DNA from: Moniliella sp. 'wahieum'
Taxonomy: Eukaryota
NCBI GenBank assembly: GCA_003971905.1
Contig: RSEE01000096.1
Coordinates: 1 to 64,000 of the forward strand
Direction of reading: 5' to 3'
Length of the DNA stretch: 64,000 nt
The notes beneath the pieces were generated by a model. That model saw only the letters and a program-made list of their open reading frames with translations, did not search any database and was not told the DNA's origin. The translations under genes were made by a program, and so were the position numbers. How positions within the stretch are numbered: the stretch's first letter is position 1; every line of letters starts with the position of its first letter. This document shows positions 1-9,811 of the stretch, piece by piece.

Positions 1-15
1 CTAACCCTAACCCTA
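1..15 (+). repeat. Telomere-type (CCCTAA) motif at the window start
   Basis: CTAACCCTAACCCTA at base 1 is the C-rich strand of TTAGGG. Only about 2 units are visible, and the same junction recurs at 190-200, so this may be interstitial rather than the true terminal tract. Confidence 0.65.
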
Positions 16-159
16 GGGAGGGCCGAGGGTAGATAGCGAGCTACCCGAAGGGAGAGAGTTATGCCGAGGCGATAGCTCGCTATAAAATCGTCCGCTCTAT
101 GCAGCATATGCCCTCCGTTTCTCGATTGGACGCACCGTTGACAAGTTACACCCACCCAT

Positions 160-200
160 CCCTAACCCTACCCAACCCAACCCAACCCGCCCTAACCCTA
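160..200 (+). repeat. Degenerate interstitial telomere-like tract
   Basis: CCCTAACCCTACCCAACCCAACCCAACCCGCCCTAACCCTA; another CTAACCCTAC lies at 631-640. Confidence 0.7.
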
Positions 201-225
201 GGGGAGGGCCGAGGGTAGATAGCTC

Positions 226-560
226 GCTACCCGAAGGGGAGAGAGTTATGCCGAGGCGATAGCTCGCTACCCGAAGGGGAGAGAGGAGAGTTATGCCGAG
301 GCGATAGCTCGCTACCCGAAGGGGGAGAGAGTTATGCCGAGGCGATAGCTCGCTACCCGAAGGGGAGAGAGTTATGCCGAGGCGATAGCTCGCTACCCGA
401 AGGGGAGAGAGTTATGCCGAGGCGATAGCGAGCTACCCGAAGGGGAGAGAGTTATGCCGAGGCGATAGCGAGCTACCGAAGGGGAGAGAGTTATGCCGAG
501 GCGATAGCGAGCTACCCGAAGGGGAGAGAGTTATGCCGAGGCGATAGCGAGCTACCCGAA
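226..560 (+). repeat. Subtelomeric 40-bp tandem array (8 full copies plus a partial; one more copy at 40-80)
   Basis: Unit GCTACCCGAAGGGGAGAGAGTTATGCCGAGGCGATAGC(TC/GA) starts at 226, 266, 311, 352, 392, 432, 472, 511 and 551. Confidence 0.97.
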
Positions 561-1159
561 CGTATGCGATGACCTCCGCCTCGATTGTTATGCGCCTCGG
601 GACTATTGAATCTTTGAACATACGTCTAGGCTAACCCTACTATTTTGAATTGCACCGATGCATGCGCGGCCGGCGCGGTCAGACAGAGCTTGTACGATTT
701 TCACCAACCGGGCTCGCTTTTTTTCACCTAGTGGTTTTTGGAACAAGGTGGGTGCCGATTTCAAATTGAAAATCACCAATTGATGCTGACAACATATGTC
801 TAGACTCTAGAGTCGCCGCGCATAGGTCAATCTCTGGTTCCGCTCTTTGTTATACCCTCTTCGCCACCACCTCGCCTTCCCTTACCTCCCGCTTGCCGCA
901 TTAATCGCATTGCCTTGATTACCACTGGCTAATTGGTCTGTGCTTTAGAGACGATGTGTCTCCTAGGTACGAGCCTTTTACGCGTCGCTGCAACTCTCGT
1001 AGCACACAAGCATAGTGTGGCTCGTCACATGCTTTCCTCTCATGTGTCCGCAGGTTGAGCCGGAGCCAGCCATCGTCGTGTCGCTCAGGGCACCACCACA
1101 CTGAGGACTTTGCTGCGCGTTGGTCTCACACTACTCTGCTTTTTCGCATCGAGTGCATC

Positions 1160-4100
1160 AGCTAGGGGTAGCGAGATGGAATGAAGATAGATTGTCCCTT
1201 GATGATACACACTCCCTACAGTTTTGTAACGACCGCAGCCAAGACCCAAGAACCGGCATCAGGCGTTCACGGCCGATCGGCATGCGGCGGGCAGCGGGCA
1301 TTCCACTGCAGAAGAACCTTCTCCCATTGCGCGGGATGTGCGCATCGTTTTGGCCCGTGCTACCCGCTGTAAGAATTGAGTGTTATGGCATTGGTAGTAG
1401 CGAGAGAGAGCCAGAAGGAACCTTATCCATGACGCGAATACTTTCAGTAGCGCTTGCTCTTCTTTACGACTCCATATGATTCTGCCTACTACAGCGCGTC
1501 CAGTTTCGTGACTGCAGGTCACAGCGTTAGCGGTTACCGGAGCACCTGGACCCCTTTTCAAACTGGTCCGACAACCTACGTACGCGCCTACCTCGGAGGG
1601 TCTAAGCTGCGGCCTTTGCACGCAGACAGCCACCCAAACCAGAGGGTCTCTGCCGCCTCTACACCCGCTCAAGTCAACCAGGATCTGAGGGAGGACCTAA
1701 CGAGACTCCGATTTGCCCGTCCAAGGGTTTACACCCCTAAACTACAGGGGTGGGCCCACCTCGGAACTCCCCCCAGGACAGTTTCCTTGCACGACGGCAA
1801 CATCTTCCCGGATTTCGTCTTCGTATACGATTGGCTCGGGGATATTGCTAAGTTCCACCATCGAACGCCAATGCACGCCGAATTTGGCCCACAAGGCTCG
1901 AGCGGCTGAGTTCGAATTGTGGAATGACAACTTGTGCCTGCGCACCTTGCCATGTTGTAACCCCGGGAGCGCCCAGGAGTACCTGACTCCTTTGAAACCG
2001 GAACGAGTAGTGACTTTTCTGATAGCACACCTCTGGATTTGGAAGATCTCCCACTGGACTAGTGGCAGGCGTTCAGGCGGCGGGCGCGGGGCGGTATCGT
2101 CCACGTCGTCAAGCGGAAGAGCGGGACGAGGAAGCAAACGATCAGGGCTCGAGGCAGAGTTCTCAACTGGCTCTGCTTGAATGCGGATCTCGGCGGGCGT
2201 TTCTGTTACCTCCCCCCTCACACCCGGTGCATCGGTAGTCGGGGGCGCGACAGCCATCACATCCGTCTGCATCTCGTCCCACCCGTCGGGCTCACGTGGT
2301 CCCCCACGCCCGAACTATCTTTCAGCGGCGGCAAGACAGGAGTGTCGGCGGGAGTGGAAACGGATGCGGTATGGGAAACTTGGTTGTGTCGAGGCACGCA
2401 GGGAGCGATTCAGCTCCGCCCACCACCCATTCGGTGGCGAAGACGGCGACGAGTACCCGTCCACAGGCTCGCTGGTCAGGTCGATCATGTCGGTAGCAAC
2501 AGGAGTATGGGCGACTGTTAGGGAAAATAGTAGGGGAAGCAGTAGGGGAAGCGGAAGCAGAACTAGAACTAGAAGTGGAAGTGGAAGTGGAAGTGGATTG
2601 GTCGACCGAAACCCAAGTAGCGGAAAGAGGCCCCGCACTCGCTTGCGTTGTGACGGGTGCCGGTGCCGTGGGGCTGGGGGACGCGCGTAGCGCGTGGGGC
2701 TGGGAGGTTGTGGGCAGCACCACAGACGAATTGGACGCGGCGCGAACGTCCCCTCGTTCCTCCTTTCGCCTTGCACCCTCCCATCCACTTCCACTTCCTC
2801 CTGCTCTTGCGCTTGCTCTTGCGCTTGCTCTTGCACGCACACCCGCCTGCGCTTGATCAGGAAGCGCCGAGCGCCCAGCGGCACCACGCGATGGGAGGTG
2901 CTACCCCCCGCCGAGTGCGAGTCCTGGGCAGCGAACTGCTGGGCAGCGTCAGGATGCGTGTCGGGTGCGCGGGCTTGGAGTGTGGCATGCAGTACCTTGC
3001 ACGCCGGGGTAAGCCTGGTCAGAAAAAAGAAAAAACAGACGGTCAGGGCTCGAGTTTGGATTTGCACACAGGCACAACACGGGGGCAGGGAGGAGGGGTT
3101 AAGCGCCCGCCGTAGCTCAAAGGGAAAACGCACCCATCCGAACCAGGAAACCTCGAGTCGACGCAACAGCTCCTTGGCGCGAGCTGGCACACTTCGTCTG
3201 TCGATAGGCCCGCGACCAAGCTCCTGGCCAGTGAGAGCATACAGCGGGGTACCCCCTTGCTCGCGACCGCTCGGTCAGGGCAAGAGAGCGCGTGCCAGTG
3301 GACGAGGCGTAGACACCACTGGGTGGGTCGACTGGCGCCCCTGAGGGCAGGTCGGGCGGCCTGGCAACCGGTTCAGGCACCATCAACAACAAAAAGGGGC
3401 AGCCGGGCGTAACGCAAGTGAACGTGTGCTGCAGCGGGTTGACGAGACGTTGCTGGTTTGCCGTCTCCGGTGCCAATTTGTACGAGCGCGAGGAAGTGTT
3501 TGAGGGCTGGAGGCACCACAGCTTGCCGGGATGGTGGATGAAGAGCGTCGAGGCAACATAGGCCAAGGCCGCTTCGTAACTGTCAACCCGGCGATCCGTG
3601 AGCCACGCAAAACTGGCGCCGGAGCCATAGGCTCGGTACCGCGCTCGGGCGCGGCGTGGGGCAGCGGGAGCGGCATCATCGGCCATTGCATGTCGGCGGC
3701 GATAGCACGCCGTTTCCGGGCGCTGCGGAGCACATTCGTTGCGCAGATGTATGGATTCTGGAGACAGAAGCCGCACGGCCCGGGAGAAAAAGAAGGTCAG
3801 TGGGCGCGAATGGGGATGGAGAAGACACGCACGGTCCAGGTCAAGGGGTGCTGTTGGAGCACTAGTTTGGGCGTCATGTGTAGCAGCGTGTGGTCATCGA
3901 GGCGAGAGAGCGCGGCTAACACCTCCTCGCGCCAGCCCAGCGGCGCGCCCCTGGCCAGTGCGGGCAGGCAGGGGCAGGCGTCGGCGTGGGCAGTGTAGGT
4001 GCGGATGGTCCACCCGCGGGCGGGGGATCGTCGGGGGCGGCAGCGGTGGCGGGGGCGGGGGCGACGATGTGCGGGAGGACGAGGAGGAGGAAGGGGCAGT

Positions 4101-4556
4101 CGTGTATGCGGCAGGTAAAGGCGGTCTGGATGGGACCGACGTGGGCGGAGGGCTGGTAGAGAGGGCCCAGGCCGGTGCGGGAATGCGTCGCGTGGCGCTT
4201 TGGCAGTGGCGTGGGTGCAGATTTGCTCGTTGGGGGCGTTGCAGGGCGCTCCGACGCATCCTCCGGCGCATCCCCCGGCGCAACCGCCCACTCGCCCTTC
4301 TCCGACGAGGTGGAGGTCGCCTCCGGCGCAGAAGACGACGCGGACGCTGCGGCCCACTCGAGGTTCAACTCGGCAAAGCTGGCCAGATGCGGGGGCGAAG
4401 AACGGAGCCAGCAATCTTGTTGGCGGCAAACTGCTGCTGCACCACCCTCCCCACCGCCATCTCCCGCGTCGGGTACACCGTCCCATCCGAAGTCCACGTC
4501 CACGCCACCTCCATCGCCGTCGCCGTCGCCATCGCCATCGCCATCGCCATCGCCAT
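1160..4556 (-). CDS. Multi-exon hypothetical nuclear protein: two repeated CxxxxC (WRKY/GCM1/MULE-like) motifs, a chromodomain-like segment and a Myb/SANT-like segment
   Basis: Clean minus-strand introns: 3832-3758 (GTGCGT..CTGAC..CAG), 1591-1512 (GTAGGC..GCTAAC..CAG), and a GTGCGT donor at 3133. Repeated motif FTCRIHDCPFLLLV / FTCVTPGCPFLLLM. Also WEIFQIQRCAIRK..GVRY..RGY and IIWSRKEEQALL..HG..QWEKV. Several frameshifts must be assumed, and both ends are approximate. Confidence 0.55.
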
Positions 4557-5059
4557 CGCCAGGAAACAAGCAACGGCAGCGGACACGAGACAGCAAGCAC
4601 CGCTCGGGACGCACGCGTCACGTGACGTGTCATATGGCGGTCGCGTGTCACATGTCACATGTCAGAGACTGGGGTCCGTGCGCCGATGGCAAATGTCAAA
4701 TTGCTGTCAAGCGGCAGCAGAGCAAGCCCCAATTGACTCCTCCTGTCCTACCGCCTTCTGCCCCGACACGATTCCACCATCTGGTACGCTTCCCGGGGTT
4801 CCCCGTCGCAATGAGGGTCAAATAGCGTGGCATACCCGACCGGGTTTCCATGGCTGGAGGAGAGATTTTGCTTTTCTCCCCCCACGCACTTGTCCCATCA
4901 TTGCGCTCCTAGCCCAAGGATGTGTGACGGGCGAACGCTGGCAGGCCGGCCAGCGGTGCGCGCCGATCCCCTTTTAGTCACCCCAAGCCCTTGTATTCGT
5001 GTGAGCGAACGTTGACAGGCGGTCCAACGGAGCTTGTACCCTCCCCAAGTCCCAGAAGA

Positions 5060-5930
5060 AGCGAGAATTGGTCGGCGGGCCAGCAGCGCCTCTACCCCCT
5101 CCGTTCCCTTGCTCCCAAGATGGCTTTGCCTCGCACCCCCGACGAACGAAGGAAGGAGGGGCGTGCGAAGGAGAAGAGACTGTGGCTCGCAATCCCGACG
5201 CTCGAAGGAAAGTGGGGCATGTGAGCAAGAATCCGTTTGGATGGCATGCCCAACGCTCGAAGGAAGGAGGGGCGTGCCGAGTATCCAAGTGCCCAGTCCC
5301 CGTTCCAAGTTTGGTCCCTCCCCACTGTTGGAAGAGAGGGAAGCCGTTCCTTTAAGCATAAGGACACGCTTGGTGCAGAGGAGCATGATGTCACGGGCCA
5401 AGGCGGGATGGCAAGCCCGGCGGCGCCTATGTGCGTCCCTTGCCTTCCTAACCCCGTCCCCAGGTTGGCCAGTGTAGCGGATCCGACCTGATCCAATCTC
5501 CAAGCTAAGGCACGTCTGCTCAATCTGATCAAAGAGCTCGCTCCCAAGTTTAGTCCAGCTCCATCGTGGCTGGCTCGACCGCCAGCGCGATATTGGTGAG
5601 TCTCCTTCGTCTCTTTGTGGTTCTCTGTGATACATGTGATGATTCTGGAGCTAATTGCCTGTCAAAGGTTCATCTTGCTTAGACTACAATCGTGTTGTGA
5701 TGCACTGGGGGTGTTGTTCGACGGATGGGTTTAGTGGGTTGTCAAGAAGCGCTGGGCGGCGGTGCTCCAATCCCAGTGGAACGTGTACGTGCAGCGCGGA
5801 GACGCGGCAAAGGGGGCCAACGTTGGAACTGAGATCTTCGATCCTTGTGTCACCGGGAACACCGACTGGCGGGGTCCGGGAGTAGCATTTGAGCTGGAGC
5901 CGGTAGGGGGGGTTGAGGCATGAAGTTGAA
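5060..5930 (+). CDS. Possible small hypothetical gene (or relic), divergent from the 1160-4556 gene
   Basis: Intron signals GTGCGT(5431)..CTAAC..AG and GTGAGT(~5597)..GCTAAT..AG. Protein-like exon pieces NLQAKARLLNLIKELAPKF and WVVKKRWAAVLQSQWNVYVQRGD. Three degenerate ~54-bp repeats encode W..PT(N/L)EG(R/K)(R/W)G. Confidence 0.3.
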
Positions 5931-6174
5931 GGGATATAACGAGCACAATGACATCCGTTGCTTGTCCCCTCTCCTCCATCTTTTGGCTTCAATTACCCCC
6001 TGACTCCTACACGGCTTCGTGCCATCTCGACTTTGCTTCCCTCTCTGCCCTCGTCTTGACTCCCGGTGCTTCTCTCTGCCATAGACTGTATTTGCCGCCA
6101 GTCCAACTGCCTGGCCCACCGCAACAGACGACCGACTATATCCCCTCCATCGGCCTGAAAAGGCAATTAGAAGG

Positions 6175-6312
6175 GAGAGCGGCCGAGAGACAGCGGCCCA
6201 GAAAGCGGCTGAGAGACAGCGGCCAAAAAAAGCGGCCGAGTGACAACAGCGGCCAAAAAGCGGCGCCGGGAGCGGCCGGGAGCGGCCGGGAGCGGCCGAG
6301 GGAGCGGCGCAA
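6175..6312 (+). repeat. GC-rich minisatellite built on AGCGGCC
   Basis: AGCGGC(C) recurs about every 10-14 bp, e.g. GAGAGACAGCGGCC..AAAGCGGC and (GGGAGCGGCC)3. Confidence 0.8.
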
Positions 6313-7157
6313 CAGGCGGCGCCGCCTTGTGGGGACGGCACACGCGCCCCAGCCGCTCTGCCGCTGCGCTGCTCTGCGCCACAGTGCCCGAATGGGTTCT
6401 ACCGACGAGGCACGGGGGCAGCGGGCGCTCAACGCCCGTTGCGCCCTCCCGCGCCGGAGATACCGACGGGATGGGTGACCGGTGACCGGTGACGGTGACG
6501 TTTACCATCGATCACTGATCACACTGTCACCCCTGAGGCTGAGGCCAGGCTCGTGACGCGTGAGAGCGCGTGAGCAGTGGGAGTATGCACGAGTACGCCC
6601 GCTGCGAGTTGCCAGCTGCTGGGAGCGCAACCGGGTGACCGCCCCCAACATGGTGGCGACCCATCGCCCTCCCCACACGAGGCCGGCGGCAAAGCAGGCC
6701 ACGCAGGGGCCCTGCCCCTGGTATACTTGTAGCGCACCAAGTCCGACCGCGTTGCCTTGTACCGGATGCCGGTAGCCACAGGCACCGACTAATCGACAGT
6801 CGCTCAGCAGCAGATCGAAGCCATGTATCTTTACCTACAGCCTCGCGCCTATGCCCTCGCTGCCTCCATCGCGTATCCACGTTGGTCCAGCACGCCATCA
6901 CCCACCACCTGAAACCACAGATCAGATCACCGCCGGCTGCCGAGATGCCAGCACACAGCATAACCTTTTTCGCCTCGTCGCCCACTTGTTTCCACCGGCC
7001 GCAACCGCACCTCCCACGATCGCGTTCTGGCAGCTATAATGGCTAGCACACACGCCACTCCTCTCTCCCTGCTCCCCCACCATCCCTCCTATCCCTAGGC
7101 CGTCACCCCCAGCGTCTCGCCGTTCCCGCCTCCCTTCCGCCGCCGCCGTCAGCCTCC

Positions 7158-9395
7158 ATGTTTGCTGCGCCTGAACAGGCGGCCTCTGCCGCCCACCGCA
7201 CAATACGAAACCCCACCCCTCTCACCGACACCACCGCCACCACCACCACCACCAACAACAACAATGCCACCAACGACGACAACGATGCTCACTTTGGCAT
7301 CCCGCCCGAGTCTTGGGACGAGCTGGACGAGGATGACCATGATTTGATCCGTGTCGCCTCTCGTCGCGGGGAGCTAAGCTCGATTCGGTCTCATGACACC
7401 ATTGCGCCCTGAGCGGGGAAGCTGAGAAGGAGCATCAGGGCCTGTCTCCGTCCAAGGCCCAGCTCGACAAGGTCCCTAACGCCGACGTGGAGGCCCAGTC
7501 CAACGGATCGAACTTGGACCTACGCCCCTTTGCGTCGCAAGAGGACAAAGAACAAGTGATCGTTCATTGGGAGTCGTCCGACGACCCTGAAAACCCGCGG
7601 AACTGGGGCATGATCTATCGGTGCGTCGCTGACTCTGGTGGCACACCTCCCTCCCATCTCCCCTGGCTTAGCTTCAACAAACGGAAACTGAGTGCTGACC
7701 CCTTCTGGTGGACCAAATAGCGTGTATGTCACTACGCTCGCTGGTATTCTCGTTTTCAACTCAACGTTTGTGTCCACCATCCCGCAGGGTACCATGGACC
7801 AAATCATTCAAAAGTTCCATGTCTCGAGGGAGGTGGGAACACTTGTCATCTCGGTGCGTATCGCCTATCGTTGCCGTGCGTCCGGTTGCCGATTGGCCAG
7901 GTACTGTGTGGACCCCGGACAATTGACCACGGGCAACTGACCACTGCCTGTTTCATCGTATGATGCCGCCACAGATCTACGTCGCAGGATATTGCTTGGG
8001 CCCATTGATCTGGGCACCGCTTACAGAGAGAGTTGGCCGATACCCCCCCACTGTTATGGCCCTCGTTGGCTTTGTCGCCTTCAACGTGGGTTGCGCTCTC
8101 TCGCAAAATATTGGCTCGCTGCTCGTGTTTCGATTTCTGACGGGCGTGTTTGGCGCCTGCCCGTTGACCACCGCGGGCGCAATTATATTCGACTTATGGG
8201 AACCTGAGGTACGTTGCTCTGCCTTTGGGCCATTGGAGTAGTAGCAGTGAAGTGATGGAACTGATACCATTTGGTTTTGGTTTTGGTTTTGGGCGTGGTT
8301 TTCGATGGCAGCCACGCGGCTATGCCATGGTTTCCTTCTCGCTCGCACCCTCTGCTGGGCCAGCATTGGGGCCCATCGTTTCCGGAGCGATCCATGTGAC
8401 TGGTACGCTGTGGCGCTGGTCGTTTTACGTGTCGATCATGTTTAGCGGTGCGATGCTGGTGATTACGGCGTTGACGCTTCGGGAGACGTATGCGCCGGCC
8501 CTACTGGCTCGTAAGGCGCAGCGTTTCCGCAAGACCTATTCCGACCAACGCTACATGGCTCCGCTCGAGCTCATCGAGTTTCAACCGAGGGACTTTGCCT
8601 ACCAACTGCTGCTTAAGCCATTGGTCATGATGGCTTTGGAGCCCATGCTTCTCTCGGTTTCCATCTTCCTCGCCTACGGTACGTCCTCCTCCTCTCCAGT
8701 CCCGTCCCGCTGTACACGTTGCGTGTGTTTTGGGTTTGGGGGGGCCGCCGTAACAAATTTGCTGACCTGTGGAACAATTCGCCACTTAACCAACAGGCTA
8801 TGGACTCTTGTACCTTTTGTTTGAGTTTTACTCGACGTACCAAACCATCTATGGTCTCAATGCGCTCCAAGAAGGATTGACCTTCTTACCCTTTTTCGTG
8901 GGCAACACGCTCTGCATCATTTGGTATGCCGCCATCACTTTGCCCCGGTACAATCGCAAGCTCGCAGCGGCTCAGGCAAGGGGAGAAACCAAGTTACCAC
9001 CGGAAGATCGCTTGTCGATCAGTAAAGTATGCGGCCGCGTTGGCCATCAGTTTCTTTTGGTTTGGTTGGGCGAGTTATAAGGAGGCGACGCTGTGGGCGC
9101 CGCTGTTGAGTGGCCTGTGTATTGGGGTTGGGGTGTGTGCGCTGTTCCTGTCCTTGACCACGTACGTGGTGGAGGCGTACCAGGCCAATGCGGCCTCGGG
9201 CTTAGCTGCCCAAACTGTCTTGCGGTCCGGTACGGGCGCTGGCTTGCCCCTCGTCGCCCAGGCATGCTGTCCAACATGGGTGTCCATTGGGCTTCCTCCC
9301 TCCTCGCCTTTCTCGCCATCCTCATGACACCCATCCCGTTTGTACTGGAACGCTGGGGGCCCCAGTTACGTGCCAAGTCGCGTTTTGCCTTTTGA
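7158..9395 (+). CDS. MFS transporter, DHA1 (Tpo1/Flr1/CaMdr1-like) drug:H+ antiporter family
   Basis: Motifs WESSDDPENPRNW, GYCLGPLIWAPLTERVGR, LLVFRFLTGVFG, GPALGPIVSG, ETYAPALL, PPEDRL, ASGLAAQTVLRS and PIPFVLERWGPQLRAKSRFA. At least 4 GT..AG introns (donors near 7621, 7854, 8209, 8679) and several indels. Confidence 0.92.
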
Positions 9396-9586
9396 TCCAT
9401 CCCTCCCTCACTCCCTCCGTCCATTCATCTATCTCATCGGTGCTCGGATCGGGTTCCCTTTTTTGTTTTCTTGCTGGTCTTCTGGAGGTCTCTTGCTAGA
9501 CGTGTTCTCTGTAACATGTAACACAGCTGTGCTCCACCGTACATTCCATTCATGTTGATCTTGTGCTCATCCCTTTAGCTTCATTG

Positions 9587-9811
9587 TGATGAGACCTGGA
9601 GTCCTGATGGTCCTCTAGGGTGATGCAATCGCACTGGTGGTGGTGGTGTGGCAAGCAGCATTGCCTACAGAGGAACGTCAAGCAGCGAGTCGCCATCAGG
9701 GGCTAAACTGCAGGACAAGGAGAAAAACAGGAGAGGGAAAACAGCGGAACTCCTGCGCCTGAGGAGGAACTGAAGGGACATTGGCCAAAGCACGAGCCAC
9801 CCAGCTCAACA
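9587..9811. mobile_element. Solo LTR (225 bp) with a perfect 5-bp target-site duplication
   Basis: TGATGAG...CTCAACA ends (TG..CA, 6/7 inverted match), flanked by CATTG at both 9582-9586 and 9812-9816. Homologous to 15681-15920. Confidence 0.85.

Noticed and set aside
226..560. CRISPR-like array
   Set aside because: Units are contiguous with no unique spacers, the context is eukaryotic and there are no cas genes; this is a tandem minisatellite.
605..623. ATTGAATCTTTGAACATAC resembling a 5.8S rRNA motif
   Set aside because: Only about 19 nt of similarity and the flanks do not match 5.8S; most likely chance.
3739..4977. Long GC-rich ORFs in the six-frame track (e.g. 412 aa here, 379 aa at 43358-44497, 461 aa at 58984-60369)
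   Set aside because: Shadow or antisense ORFs caused by high GC and low complexity, overlapping better-supported genes.
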